From NCBI GenBank assembly GCA_038203565.1, contig JBBRDV010000001.1, positions 5,028 through 69,027 on the forward strand: a stretch of 64,000 nucleotides of DNA, in the 5' to 3' direction. The notes under the pieces are model-generated. The model was not told the DNA's origin. It saw nothing but the letters and a program-made list of their open reading frames with translations, and made no database searches. Position numbers and translations under genes: made by a program. Below are positions 24,070 through 35,003 of the stretch, one piece after another. This stretch comes from Atribacterota bacterium (GTDB lineage Bacteria; Atribacterota; Phoenicimicrobiia; Phoenicimicrobiales; Phoenicimicrobiaceae). Positions within the stretch are counted from its first letter, which is position 1. Each line of letters begins with the position of its first letter.

Positions 24070-25608
24070 TTGCCTGAGATTGCTTTAGAGATGAAAAATA
24101 TCACCAAACGATTCCCTCTTGTAGTTGCCAACGATAAAGTTAGTATTACAGTCTACAAAGGAGAAATACATGCTTTAGTGGGCGAAAATGGAGCCGGAAA
24201 ATCAACTCTGATGAGTATTTTATATGGACTGTATCAGGCTGATTCCGGTCAAATTTTTATAAATGGAAAGAAAGTTAATATTACCAATCCGAATGTTGCT
24301 ATCAATTTAAAGATTGGTATGGTTCATCAGCATTTTATGTTAGTACCACCTTTAACTGTTGCGGAAAATATTATCCTGGGTAGGGAACCCAAAAAAAATA
24401 ATATTTTCATAGATATGGAAAAAGCAATAAAAAGAGTTGAAGAATTATCTGAAAGCATGGGTTTTAAAATTGACCCCAAAGCAAAAATCGAAAATATTTC
24501 TGTGGGGATTCAGCAAAGAGTAGAAATTATTAAAGTCCTTTATCGAGGAGCAGAGATATTAGTGATGGATGAACCCACTGCGGTATTAACTCCCCAGGAA
24601 GTTGAAGAGTTATTCGAAATACTTAGATCGCTAAAAAAACAGGGTAAAACTATTATTTTTATTACTCATAAATTAAATGAAGTAAAGGACCTCTCTGACC
24701 GGGTAACTGTAATGAGAAGAGGGAGGGTGGTAGGAGTAAAAAATACCAAAGATACCAATCAAGAAGAAATCGCCAGTATGATGGTAGGCAGAAAGGTTAT
24801 TTTTGAAATTGAAAAAAAACCTCTTAACCTTGGAAAAACAGCTTTAAAAGTAGACAAATTAGAAGCGCTTAACAACAAAGGATTACCAGCTGTAAAGAAT
24901 GTCTCTTTTGAAATAAAGGAAGGAGAGATATTGGGATTTGCCGGCGTAGAAGGAAATGGACAGACTGAGTTAGTAGAAGTTATTACCGGACTTCGTCCAG
25001 CATCAAGCGGTAAAATATTTTTATATGACCAGGATATTACTAATTATTCTCCCCGAAGTATTAGAGAAGATAAAATAGCTCACATCCCTGAAGATAGGAG
25101 ACAACGCGGAATTATTTCAAATTATACGGTTGCCGAAAATTTAATTTTAGGAACTCATTATCGTTCACCTTTTAATAAAGGTTTAGCCTTAAACTTTACC
25201 GCAATTAATAACCATGCCAATAATTTAATAAAAGATTTTGATATACGACCTTCTGATAAAGATAATTTATTAAAATCTTTATCCGGAGGCAACCAACAGA
25301 AGGTTATTGTCGCCCGTGAATTATACGGAGAACCAAAGCTTTTAATCGCCGCTCAACCAACTCGGGGATTAGATGTAGGCTCTATTGAGTTTGTACACCA
25401 ACAAATATTAAATGAAAGAGATAAAAGAAAAGCAATCTTACTAATTTCGGCTGATTTAGAAGAGATTTTATCTTTATCTGATCGCATTGCTGTTATATAC
25501 GAAGGCAAAATAGTAGACGTTTTAGATCCGAAGAAAACAGACGAAAAAGAAATAGGTTTATTAATGACTGGCTCTACTGCAAATAAAAAATTATCAATGG
25601 TCAAGTAG
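24070..25608 (+). CDS. ABC transporter ATP-binding protein with duplicated ATPase domains
   Basis: Two Walker A motifs (GENGAGKST, GVEGNGQTE) and two signature motifs. Typical BMP-system ATPase. Confidence 0.9.
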   Translation: MPEIALEMKNITKRFPLVVANDKVSITVYKGEIHALVGENGAGKSTLMSILYGLYQADSGQIFINGKKVNITNPNVAINLKIGMVHQHFMLVPPLTVAENIILGREPKKNNIFIDMEKAIKRVEELSESMGFKIDPKAKIENISVGIQQRVEIIKVLYRGAEILVMDEPTAVLTPQEVEELFEILRSLKKQGKTIIFITHKLNEVKDLSDRVTVMRRGRVVGVKNTKDTNQEEIASMMVGRKVIFEIEKKPLNLGKTALKVDKLEALNNKGLPAVKNVSFEIKEGEILGFAGVEGNGQTELVEVITGLRPASSGKIFLYDQDITNYSPRSIREDKIAHIPEDRRQRGIISNYTVAENLILGTHYRSPFNKGLALNFTAINNHANNLIKDFDIRPSDKDNLLKSLSGGNQQKVIVARELYGEPKLLIAAQPTRGLDVGSIEFVHQQILNERDKRKAILLISADLEEILSLSDRIAVIYEGKIVDVLDPKKTDEKEIGLLMTGSTANKKLSMVK

Positions 25609-25627
25609 TTTATGGAGGAAGATAAAT

Positions 25628-26752
25628 TTGAAAAGTATTAAAAAATTTGACTATTATATTCTTTTAGAAAAAATTACTCCTTTAATTGCGGTAATATTTG
25701 CTCTATTAGTAGGTGCAATTGTTATTATGTTAATCGGTGAAAATCCAATTTTTGTTTATAGAACATTATTTAGCAACGCTATTGGTAACAGAGATGGTTG
25801 GGGTAATGTATTATTCAGGGCAACTCCCTTAATATTTACCGGACTGACAGTCGCTTTCGCTTTCCGCTGTGGTCTATTTAACATAGGCGGAGAAGGACAA
25901 ATGTATATAGGAACTTTTCTTGCTACCTGGGTTGGATTTACCTTTACTAATTTGCCTGCTTTTATACTTATACCACTATGCATATTAACAGCAGCTGCCG
26001 GCGGCGCTTTATGGGCAGCTGTTCCCGGAATACTAAAAGCTAAAACAGGGGTACATGAAGTTATTGTTACTATTATGATGAACTGGATAGCTGCTTCTTT
26101 AACTTTCTTTCTTGTTTTAAAATTTAAAGCAGCACCAACTGCAGCAATGGTAGCAGCCGGCGTAAAACAGATGATTCCACATACCAGTGAAATTGCCCAA
26201 GCAGCTCGTCTTCCTCGACTTTATACTATTTTTAATTTTTTAAATATAGATTTCCCTGCTTATAACCAAGTAAATGTATCTTTTTTTATTGCTATAGCAG
26301 CAGCCCTATTAGCTTACTATATATTATGGAAAACAAATTTAGGCTACGAAATAAGAGCAGTGGGCTATAGCCCTATGGCTGCTGAATATGGAGGAATCAG
26401 TGTAGGCAAAAACATTATTATAGCCATGATGATAAGCGGTGCTTTTGCCGGTTTAGTGGGGACCAATGAGGTGATGGGTTTTAAATATCGCTGGAGACAA
26501 GAACTTTTCACCGGATTAGGATTTAACGGAATTGCTGTGGCACTTTTAGGTAAGAATCACCCCTTAGGAGTGGTTTTAGCTGCTATTTTATTTGGTATTT
26601 TAAATTATGGAGGAGCTATAGTTAATATATATACCGAAGGAAGAGTCCCTCGAGAACTTATTATGGTATTACAAGCTGTTATAGTAATATTTGTGGTAAT
26701 TAGTGATGAAGTAGTAAAGAGAATCATTCGCCAAAGGAGGAAAATAATATAA
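25628..26752 (+). CDS. ABC transporter permease (BMP/nucleoside system)
   Basis: 374-aa polytopic membrane protein following the ATPase. Confidence 0.85.
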   Translation: MKSIKKFDYYILLEKITPLIAVIFALLVGAIVIMLIGENPIFVYRTLFSNAIGNRDGWGNVLFRATPLIFTGLTVAFAFRCGLFNIGGEGQMYIGTFLATWVGFTFTNLPAFILIPLCILTAAAGGALWAAVPGILKAKTGVHEVIVTIMMNWIAASLTFFLVLKFKAAPTAAMVAAGVKQMIPHTSEIAQAARLPRLYTIFNFLNIDFPAYNQVNVSFFIAIAAALLAYYILWKTNLGYEIRAVGYSPMAAEYGGISVGKNIIIAMMISGAFAGLVGTNEVMGFKYRWRQELFTGLGFNGIAVALLGKNHPLGVVLAAILFGILNYGGAIVNIYTEGRVPRELIMVLQAVIVIFVVISDEVVKRIIRQRRKII

Positions 26753-27696
26753 TGTTTGGTGATATTTTTAACGCCCAGTTTGTGGCTTCATCCATCAGAG
26801 TAGCTATCCCTTTAGCTTTAGCTGGTTTGGGAGGGGTATTCTCAGAAAGGTCAGGAGTAATTAATATTGGATTAGAGGGTATGATGTTAACTGGTGCTTT
26901 TACAGCAGTTGCAGTGACTAATTTTGTTCAAAATCCCTGGGTGGGAGTTTTGGCAGCAATTTTGGTTGGCATTTTTCTGGGATTAATACATGCCATTACC
27001 TGTATTACTTTTAAAGCAAATCAGATAGTAAGTGGTGTAGCTATTAATTTATTTGCTAGTGGGATTACTGTATTTTTTAGTTGGCTTTTATTTGGCGAAA
27101 CCCAAATTATGGTTAAAACTAATTTACCAATTTGGGGATTGCCTCTTTCAAGTATAGGAGAAGGATCAACATTTGTAAGAAATCTTATTGTAATGTTTGC
27201 TCATTATTCTCCCTTGGTATACTTAACTATTATAATTTTTATATTGGCACACTTAATTTTATTTAAAACACCTTTTGGGTTAAGATTAAGATCGGTTGGA
27301 GAATACCCTCAAGCCGCTGATACTATGGGAGTAAATATTGTTAAAATGCGATATATGGCAGTAATGACCTCCGGGGCACTTGCCGGATTAGCCGGTTCTT
27401 TTTTGTCTTTGGAGCAAGCCCATTTTTTTGTCAAAGAAATGAGCGGGGGTAGAGGATTTATTGCTTTGGCAGCCATGATATTTGGTAAATGGACTCCTCT
27501 TGGCACAGCAGGAGCTGCTCTTTTATTTGGTTTTGGAGAGGCTCTGGCTATCAGATTACAGGGTGTCACTGCTGTTCCAGTACAATTTATCAATATGGTT
27601 CCTTACTTATTGGCAATTTTTGTTCTTGTCAGCGCAGTGGGTAGAGCTACCCCTCCAGCAGCAGATGGAGTTCCTTACGAAAAAGAAATAGGGTAA
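26752..27696 (+). CDS. ABC transporter permease (BMP/nucleoside system)
   Basis: 314-aa polytopic membrane protein. Its start overlaps the previous stop (ATAATATG). Confidence 0.85.
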   Translation: MFGDIFNAQFVASSIRVAIPLALAGLGGVFSERSGVINIGLEGMMLTGAFTAVAVTNFVQNPWVGVLAAILVGIFLGLIHAITCITFKANQIVSGVAINLFASGITVFFSWLLFGETQIMVKTNLPIWGLPLSSIGEGSTFVRNLIVMFAHYSPLVYLTIIIFILAHLILFKTPFGLRLRSVGEYPQAADTMGVNIVKMRYMAVMTSGALAGLAGSFLSLEQAHFFVKEMSGGRGFIALAAMIFGKWTPLGTAGAALLFGFGEALAIRLQGVTAVPVQFINMVPYLLAIFVLVSAVGRATPPAADGVPYEKEIG

Positions 27697-27793
27697 AGAG
27701 TAAAAAAATTAAGAATAACTCGACCATAGAATGTTTTAGGTATATAATATAAAAAATAATACAATTTCCAAAAAAGGAGAAGAATTTAATCAA

Positions 27794-28621
27794 ATGAAAG
27801 ATATTGGGAATTTCTTAAAAGAGAGAAGAGAAGCAAGGGGAATTTCTTTAATTGAAGTAGAGAAGGATTTAAAGATACGTAAAAAATATTTGCAAGCCCT
27901 TGAAGAAGGTAATGTAGATGCAATTCCCGGTAAAACTTATCTTATTGGATATTTGAGAAATTATAGCAAATATCTGGGTATAAATGAAGAAAATATTAAT
28001 CAGATAATTCAAACTTATAATAATTTAGAAAAAAAGAAGTCTGGTTTAAAAAAAACTAAAGAAGAAAATATCTACCTTAAAACGAAAGATAGATCTATCT
28101 TTGAGAAAAAAAGGTTTTTCTTTCCTATTAAGTATGTTTATTTAATCAGCTTTGTTCTTATAATCTTTATCGGATTATTATTATTAAGCCGTTCTCTTAA
28201 AGAAGCCCAGAATTTTCCGGTTCCTTCGCCTGAAATCGGAAATGAAACTGGTATAAATATCGAGAAAAAAGCGAATGATATAAGCGCTTTAACTGAAGAA
28301 CTTATTAAATCGGAAGCAGAAGCTATTAATGAAGAACATTCTATACCGGATATTATTTTAACTAAAAAATTACCTATTCTAAAATTAATCGCAAGTGACA
28401 AAACTTGGGTAAAAATTCTTTCTGAAGATAAAACAATATTTGAGGGAATATTATTTAAAGATGAAGAATTTTTTTGGGAAACCGACCAAGTTTTAGAAAT
28501 TATAACTGAATATCCTACTAAAATTAAAACATATTATGATGATGAATCAATTGAGATTGACAAAGGAATTATTGATAATTACCTTCTTAAATATAATTTT
28601 AATCCTACACAAAATATTTAA
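27794..28621 (+). CDS. RodZ-like membrane-anchored XRE-family HTH protein
   Basis: N-terminal HTH (GISLIEVEKDLKIRKKYLQALEEG), a single TM segment, and a C-terminal DUF4115-like domain. Confidence 0.6.
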   Translation: MKDIGNFLKERREARGISLIEVEKDLKIRKKYLQALEEGNVDAIPGKTYLIGYLRNYSKYLGINEENINQIIQTYNNLEKKKSGLKKTKEENIYLKTKDRSIFEKKRFFFPIKYVYLISFVLIIFIGLLLLSRSLKEAQNFPVPSPEIGNETGINIEKKANDISALTEELIKSEAEAINEEHSIPDIILTKKLPILKLIASDKTWVKILSEDKTIFEGILFKDEEFFWETDQVLEIITEYPTKIKTYYDDESIEIDKGIIDNYLLKYNFNPTQNI

Positions 28622-28711
28622 TTTTTTAGGTTTGCCTCGCTAAGGGAGCAACTGCTAAGCAGGGCAAAGAAACTTAACATAAAAGTAGAACAGTTAGGAA
28701 TATACAAAACT

Positions 28712-29284
28712 GTGGGAAAGATATTTTTACCAAAACTAGCCAAACTTATAATAAGTATGATCACCTCGGATAAATATTTATTCAGTCTATACAAAGAGAT
28801 ATTAATTAAAAGATTTGGAGAAGTTGATATCGAGAGCAATACTCAGCCTTTTAATTATACAGATTATTATGAAGAAGAATTTGGCGAAAATTTAATGCAA
28901 AAATTATTTTCATTTTCCACTCTGATTAGACAAGATGAGCTTGCAGAAATTAAAATAATTACCAATGGTTTAGAAAATAATAATATAGACAAAAATACCA
29001 AAACAAATATAACTCAGCATAAACGAAAAATAAATCTTGATCCAGGGTTTATTACCCTAAATAAATATATTCTTGCCAGCACTAAAAATGGACCATCCAG
29101 AATTTACCTTAATCAAGGGATATTTGCTGAAATTACTCTTAGATTTATAAATAAATCATTTGTTCCTTGTGAGTATACCTATCCTAACTATAAAACCTAT
29201 GAATATATAATTTTTTTAACTTCAGTTAGGCAAAAATATAAATTACAACTAAAAGAGAACTCAAACGCTAATGATATTCTTTAA
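28712..29284 (+). CDS. DUF4416 family protein
   Basis: 190 aa with a GTG start. Resembles the DUF4416 family from recollection; not verified by search. Confidence 0.55.
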   Translation: MGKIFLPKLAKLIISMITSDKYLFSLYKEILIKRFGEVDIESNTQPFNYTDYYEEEFGENLMQKLFSFSTLIRQDELAEIKIITNGLENNNIDKNTKTNITQHKRKINLDPGFITLNKYILASTKNGPSRIYLNQGIFAEITLRFINKSFVPCEYTYPNYKTYEYIIFLTSVRQKYKLQLKENSNANDIL

Positions 29285-29391
29285 TTTAAGATTAAAAACT
29301 TTTTTTACTTTTCTGTCATTACGAGCGACCACAGGGAGCGCGGCAATCTCTTAAATTAGAAATAAAAAAAGAGGGAGTTCACTATATAAAT

Positions 29392-29988
29392 TTGGAGAAA
29401 ATAAGAACTTTTGTAGCCGTAAATTTAAGTCTGGAGATAAAAGAATATTTGGCTTCTCTTAGGGATAATATAAATATTCCTGAAACTAAAATAAAATGGG
29501 TTGAAAAAAACAACTTACACCTCACTATGAAATTTTTGGGGTACGTATCGTTAGAACAAACAGAATTAATAAAATCAACATTAAAAGAAATTAGCAGCCA
29601 ATATAGTCCGTTCATTATAAAATTATTTTCTGATATGGGAATGTTCCCAACTTACAAGATGCCTCGAATAATATGGGTAGGGATAAAAGAAGGAATAAGT
29701 GAATTAAAAGGGTTATATAATTACCTGGAAAATAATTTATTCAATAAAGGTTTCCCCCGGGAAGATAAAGATTTTTCCGGCCATATAACCATCGGAAGGG
29801 TGAAATTTATTGAAGATAAGACTAACTTCATTAAAATAGTAAAAAGAATTAGCGTAAATAATTTATCACAAGAGGTTGGCAGTATTGACCTCATGGAAAG
29901 CAAATTAACCCCAAATGGACCCATATATAACATAACAGCCAAATTCCCTTTATTAAATAAAACAATAGAAAATCAAAAATATTACTAA
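29392..29988 (+). CDS. thpR: RNA 2',3'-cyclic phosphodiesterase (2'-5' RNA ligase, LigT/ThpR)
   Basis: Two HxT motifs (HLTMKF, HITIGR) spaced as in the 2H phosphoesterase superfamily. Confidence 0.8.
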   Translation: MEKIRTFVAVNLSLEIKEYLASLRDNINIPETKIKWVEKNNLHLTMKFLGYVSLEQTELIKSTLKEISSQYSPFIIKLFSDMGMFPTYKMPRIIWVGIKEGISELKGLYNYLENNLFNKGFPREDKDFSGHITIGRVKFIEDKTNFIKIVKRISVNNLSQEVGSIDLMESKLTPNGPIYNITAKFPLLNKTIENQKYY

Positions 29989-30029
29989 AATATTTATAAA
30001 AAAAGAAATATAAAGGAGTAAACTAAAAA

Positions 30030-31073
30030 ATGACTGATAAAGTGCAACAAAACAAACCGGAAAGAGAAAAAGCATTAAATGTAGCCATGCAAAATATTGA
30101 ACAAAGATTCGGAAAAGGTTCTATAATGAAATTAGGGGATCGCCCCAAGATCTCTGGAAGTAACACCATCTCAACCGGTTCATTGAGCTTAGATATCGCT
30201 CTTGGCGTAGGTGGAGTTCCAAGGGGAAGAGTAATAGAGATTTTTGGTCCTGAATCTTCCGGGAAGACTACACTTGCTTTACATATTATAGCTGAAGCTC
30301 AAAAAAATGATGGTATAGCTGCTTTTATTGATGCTGAACATGCTTTAGACCCAAATTATGCCAGAAACATTGGTGTTAATACAGATGAATTAATTATATC
30401 TCAGCCCGATACCGGTGAACAAGCTTTAGAAATAGTTGAATCTTTAGTTAGAAGTAACGCGGTTGATGTTATTGTGATAGATTCAGTTGCCGCCCTGGTA
30501 CCTAAAGCAGAAATAGAAGGCGATATGGGAGATTCTTTTATGGGATTGCAAGCAAGATTAATGTCTCAAGCCCTCAGGAAGCTCACAGCTATTATTAGTA
30601 AGTCAAGAACTACAACTGTATTTGTAAATCAAATTAGGGAAAAGATCGGTATCTTTTTTGGTAATCCTGAAACTACTCCTGGCGGCAGAGCACTCAAGTT
30701 TTATTCTACCATTAGAATGGATATCAGAAGAAAGGCAGCCATTAAAAAAGATGAAGCTGATGTCGGAATAACTGTAAAGGTGAAAGTAGTAAAAAATAAA
30801 TTGGCCCCTCCCTTTAAAGAAACAATGTTCGATATAATTTTTGGTAAAGGAATATCCAAAGAAGGAGATATTGTAGATCTTGGTATTAAATATAATATAT
30901 TACAAAAATCAGGAGTTTGGATATCTTATGATGATATAAAATTTGGTCAGGGACGTGAAAACTGTAAAACATATCTGCAAGAACATCCTGAAATTGCAAA
31001 AGAGATAGAAAATAAAATATTTACCACCGCTGGGATTGATAAAAAAATAAGTAAAGAGGATCCAAAAAAATAA
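30030..31073 (+). CDS. recA: Recombinase RecA
   Basis: Walker [10 protein letters not shown] plus L1 and L2 loop motifs. 347 aa. Confidence 0.95.
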   Translation: MTDKVQQNKPEREKALNVAMQNIEQRFGKGSIMKLGDRPKISGSNTISTGSLSLDIALGVGGVPRGRVIEIFGPESSGKTTLALHIIAEAQKNDGIAAFIDAEHALDPNYARNIGVNTDELIISQPDTGEQALEIVESLVRSNAVDVIVIDSVAALVPKAEIEGDMGDSFMGLQARLMSQALRKLTAIISKSRTTTVFVNQIREKIGIFFGNPETTPGGRALKFYSTIRMDIRRKAAIKKDEADVGITVKVKVVKNKLAPPFKETMFDIIFGKGISKEGDIVDLGIKYNILQKSGVWISYDDIKFGQGRENCKTYLQEHPEIAKEIENKIFTTAGIDKKISKEDPKK

Positions 31074-31705
31074 ATAAAATTACTTCTGTAAATTATGATA
31101 AAAAAGATATCAGTCAAGTAGTTATTTACGTAGATAATAATACCAGATACAAAATAAATGAAAATACAATTAAATCATTAGATATTTACGTTGGCAAAGA
31201 ATTATCTGATCAAGAAATAGAAAAAATCATTTCAGAAGATAAAACCATAAGGGGTAAAGAATATCTTTTAAGGCTTTTATCCCGGAGAATTTATAGTAGA
31301 TTTGAAATATCTAGAAAATTAAATAGTAAAGGATATCCTGAAAACATTATCGCTAATCTTATTTTTTGGTTAGAGAATAATAATTATATCAACGATGAAC
31401 TCTTTGCCGAGATGTGGGCGCAATTTCGATTACAAAATAAACCTATAGGAAGGTATAAGTTAAATCAAGAATTAAGAATAAAAGGAATTAAACAGGAGAT
31501 CATCCAAAAAGCGATAGACAAAACATACAAAGAAATGGATGAATTAACATTAGCCCGAAATCTTATAAAAGAAAAGATTTTGTCATCCGAAATAAAAAAT
31601 ATTAGGATAAATCCAAAAAAAATATATAATTTTTTATTAAGAAGAGGATTTTCAATAGATATTTCGAAAAATATTTACAATGAGCTAAACAATGAACGGA
31701 CCTAA
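31070..31705 (+). CDS. recX: Recombination regulator RecX, non-canonical start (ATA/ATT) overlapping the recA stop
   Basis: A RecX-like N-terminal ~110 aa is encoded in-frame upstream of the first ATG (31412). No ATG/GTG/TTG lies between the frame opening (31055) and the conserved sequence. Confidence 0.7.
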   Translation: MNKITSVNYDKKDISQVVIYVDNNTRYKINENTIKSLDIYVGKELSDQEIEKIISEDKTIRGKEYLLRLLSRRIYSRFEISRKLNSKGYPENIIANLIFWLENNNYINDELFAEMWAQFRLQNKPIGRYKLNQELRIKGIKQEIIQKAIDKTYKEMDELTLARNLIKEKILSSEIKNIRINPKKIYNFLLRRGFSIDISKNIYNELNNERT

Positions 31706-31782
31706 AAAATATTTGCTTAATATTTTGGCTCTGTCTTTTCTTTCACTTTCTTAACTATATACTCGATACTATATTTAGTTAT

Positions 31783-31811
31783 TTGACTTTTCAAACTATA
31801 CAGGTTAAAAT
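31783..31811 (+). promoter_or_regulatory. Sigma-A-like promoter for rny (TTGACT, 17 nt, TAAAAT)
   Basis: Near-consensus -35 and -10 elements with 17-nt spacing, about 150 nt upstream of the rny start. Confidence 0.4.
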
Positions 31812-31965
31812 ATTTCAAGTAAATATTTCAAATTTTTACAATCTCTTATGTAATTATTGCGGTTTCTAATTCTATGTAAATACATATTTCATTATGCTAA
31901 AATGTGATTTAAATTAAAGTATATCTTACGTACCTTGTAAATTGAATATTAGGAGGTGAAGTAAT

Positions 31966-33498
31966 ATTAAAATTTACTATATTATTACTCTAAGCATTTT
32001 TCTTGGTTTGATAATAGGTTATTTCCTCGCTAAGTATATTGCCAAGGCAAAAATATCATCTGCAGAAATAAGCGCTAAGAGTATTATAGAAAATGCCGAA
32101 AGAGAAGCGAATTCTCTCAAGAAAGAAACAGAGTTACAAGCGAAAGAAGAGGCTTACAATATTAAGAAGGATGTTGAGACAGAAATCAAACAAAAACGAG
32201 TTGAAATGCAAAGGCTTGAGAGCAGCTTAATTAACCGAAGCAATAGCTTAGTTCAAAAAATAGAATTACTTGAAAAAAGAGAAAAATTATTAAATAATAA
32301 AGAAAAAGAACTCGAAAATAATATCCAAAAAACCAATAATTTATACCAAGAACAGAGAAACGAATTGATAAAGATTTCAAATATGAGTGTAGAGGAAGCA
32401 AAGAAAGAACTTTTAAGCAATTTAGAAAAAGAACTTACTCATGAAACCGGTAAGATGATTAAAGAGATTGAAGATCAAGCAAAAGTTGAAGCAGACAAAA
32501 AATCCAGACAAATAATATCATTAGCGATTCAAAGATATTCTGCTGACCATACGGTGGAAACAACGACATCTTTTGTTCCTTTGCCTAGTGAAGACATGAA
32601 AGGAAGAATCATCGGAAGAGAAGGTAGGAATATCAGAACATTTGAAATGTTAACCGGAGTTGATTTAATTGTAGATGATACCCCGGAAGCAGTAATTATT
32701 TCGGGATTTGATCCTATACGAAGAGAAATAGCTCGACTGTCTTTAGAAAAGCTGATTACTGATGGCCGCATACAACCAGCAAGAATTGAAGAAATAATAG
32801 AAAAAACTAAAGCAATAGTTAATAGTAAGATTCAAGAAGAAGGAGAACAGGTAGTATTTGATACGAATATAAAAAATATAAATCCCAAACTAATTAATTT
32901 ATTGGGGAAATTAAAATATCGCACAAGCTACGGACAGAATGTTCTGCAGCATTCAATAGAAGTTGCATATCTTGCTGAAATTATGGCTTCAGAAATTGGC
33001 GTAAATTCGCAATTGGCAAAAAGAGCAGGACTACTTCATGATATAGGGAAAGCTGTTGACCATGAAATAGAAGGAGCTCATGCCATAATTGGCTCTGAAA
33101 TTGCCAAAAAAAATGGTGAAAGTCTTGAAGTAGTTAATGCTATTGCTGCTCACCATTCGGAGGTGGAACCTAAAACAATTGAAGCAGTTTTAGTCCAATC
33201 TGCCGATGCCATATCTGCTTCTCGTCCCGGTGCTCGACGCGAGATGCTGGAAACTTATATAAAAAGACTTGAAAAATTGGAAGAAATTGCTAATTCATTT
33301 GAAGGGGTGGAAAGAGCATTCGCTATACAAGCAGGTAGAGAAATAAGGATAATCGTAAACCCGGAAGAAATAGATGATTATACAGCAAAAAAGATATCAA
33401 GAGATATTTCAAAAAAAATTGAAAAGAATATAGATTATCCCGGTCAAATTAAAGTAATGGTTATTAGAGAAACCCGCTCAGTTGAATACGCAAAATAA
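31966..33498 (+). CDS. rny: Ribonuclease Y, probable ATT start 7 nt after AGGAGGTG
   Basis: N-terminal TM anchor, coiled coil, KH domain and HD domain (HHSEVEP..., LLHDIGK). The track ORF starts at the internal TTG at 32008, inside the TM helix. Confidence 0.85.
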   Translation: MKIYYIITLSIFLGLIIGYFLAKYIAKAKISSAEISAKSIIENAEREANSLKKETELQAKEEAYNIKKDVETEIKQKRVEMQRLESSLINRSNSLVQKIELLEKREKLLNNKEKELENNIQKTNNLYQEQRNELIKISNMSVEEAKKELLSNLEKELTHETGKMIKEIEDQAKVEADKKSRQIISLAIQRYSADHTVETTTSFVPLPSEDMKGRIIGREGRNIRTFEMLTGVDLIVDDTPEAVIISGFDPIRREIARLSLEKLITDGRIQPARIEEIIEKTKAIVNSKIQEEGEQVVFDTNIKNINPKLINLLGKLKYRTSYGQNVLQHSIEVAYLAEIMASEIGVNSQLAKRAGLLHDIGKAVDHEIEGAHAIIGSEIAKKNGESLEVVNAIAAHHSEVEPKTIEAVLVQSADAISASRPGARREMLETYIKRLEKLEEIANSFEGVERAFAIQAGREIRIIVNPEEIDDYTAKKISRDISKKIEKNIDYPGQIKVMVIRETRSVEYAK

Positions 33499-33521
33499 AT
33501 AAAGTATATTTTAATTGAAGA

Positions 33522-33550
33522 GGAGGCAATTTTTAATAAAAATTGCCTCC
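33522..33550 (+). terminator. Intrinsic terminator after rny (13-bp stem GGAGGCAATTTTT/AAAAATTGCCTCC)
   Basis: Perfect 13-bp inverted repeat with a 3-nt loop and an A/T-rich flank. Confidence 0.6.
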
Positions 33551-33677
33551 TTAAATATATTAATTCAAAAATAATAATAAATATTTATTTCTTTTTATAA
33601 TTGCAGAAAGAATAGGAAAAATCTGCAATTTATTTTTTTGTAAACCTTACTCCATATATATTCAAGGACGATAGATA

Positions 33678-35003
33678 ATGATATATAAACAAAAATTATA
33701 TGTTAAGACTTTCGGATGCCAGATGAACGTCAATGATTCAGAATATATCATTGGCCAATTAGTAAAATTAGGTTATTCGACTACAGAAGATATATTTAAA
33801 TCTAACTTAATTTTATTAAATACTTGCTGTGTTAGAGCAAAAGTTGAACAGAAAATATACAGCTTAATTGGGAAGATAAAAGAAATAAAAGAATCTAACC
33901 CGGATGTGCTTTTAGGTATATGTGGATGTATGGCTCAAAAGGCAAAAGAAAATATATTTAAAAGAGCTCCTTATGTTGATTTTATATTCAGTCCTTCTCA
34001 AATTAATAATATGGAAAAAATTGTTAGTACTATAAAATACGGTAATAAAAAATATATTTCTTGCGAAAATACTCCCGAATTTAGCTTAGATCACGTTCCT
34101 ATTAAAAGAGGAAGTAAAATATCTGCCTGGATTCAAATAATGAGAGGCTGTAATAATTATTGCTCCTACTGCGTTGTCCCATACACCAGGGGTCCTGAGC
34201 AGAGTAGGGGAGTTTCCGAAATATTATCAGAAGTAAATAATTTAGCTCAAAATAAGTATAAAGAAGTATTTTTATTAGGCCAAAATGTCAATTCCTACGG
34301 TAATGACCTTTCTCAGCCTGTAACTTTTTCTAAATTATTAGAATTATTAAATGATATTAACGGTATAGAAAGAATAAGATTCACCACTTCTCATCCCAAA
34401 GATTTTTCTTTCGATTTGATAGAAACAATAAAAAAATGCAATAAAGTCTGCAACCATATCCATTTACCTATTCAATCCGCTTCAGGCAAAATACTTAAAA
34501 TGATGAATAGAAAATATGATATCAGTTATTATAAGAATATCATTAAAGAAATTCGAAATAATATAGACAATATTACAATTACCACAGATGTAATGGTAGG
34601 GTTCCCCGGAGAAACTGAAGACGACTTTCTGGATACTTTACGTGCCTTTAAAGAAATAGAATTTGACGAAGCATATACTTTTATATATTCTAATAGAGAA
34701 AATACTATTGCTTCATTATTGCCCGACCAGGTTCCTTTAGAGCTCAAAAAAGAAAGGTTATGGAAACTTATCGATTTACAAAAGGAAATATCAGCTAAAA
34801 TTAATAAAAAACTTGAAGGAAAAACATTTGAAGTACTGGTAGATAAAAAGTCAAAAAAAAATATTGAAAATCAATTTTCCGGAAGAACAGAGACCAATAA
34901 AACTGTAGTATTCACCAGTAAGCAAGACTTGTTAGACAAATTAGTTAAAGTTAAAATTATAAAGTCAAGTGCCTGGACTTTATATGGAGAACTGATTGAA
35001 TGA
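33678..35003 (+). CDS. miaB: tRNA-2-methylthio-N6-dimethylallyladenosine synthase MiaB
   Basis: MTTase N-domain, radical-SAM CNNYCSYC motif and a TRAM domain. Adjacent to miaA. Confidence 0.9.
   Translation: MIYKQKLYVKTFGCQMNVNDSEYIIGQLVKLGYSTTEDIFKSNLILLNTCCVRAKVEQKIYSLIGKIKEIKESNPDVLLGICGCMAQKAKENIFKRAPYVDFIFSPSQINNMEKIVSTIKYGNKKYISCENTPEFSLDHVPIKRGSKISAWIQIMRGCNNYCSYCVVPYTRGPEQSRGVSEILSEVNNLAQNKYKEVFLLGQNVNSYGNDLSQPVTFSKLLELLNDINGIERIRFTTSHPKDFSFDLIETIKKCNKVCNHIHLPIQSASGKILKMMNRKYDISYYKNIIKEIRNNIDNITITTDVMVGFPGETEDDFLDTLRAFKEIEFDEAYTFIYSNRENTIASLLPDQVPLELKKERLWKLIDLQKEISAKINKKLEGKTFEVLVDKKSKKNIENQFSGRTETNKTVVFTSKQDLLDKLVKVKIIKSSAWTLYGELIE

Noticed and set aside
28622-28711. Rho-independent terminator after the RodZ-like gene
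   Set aside because: It has only a 6-bp TTTGCC/GGCAAA stem with a 26-nt loop and no U-run. That is too weak to call.
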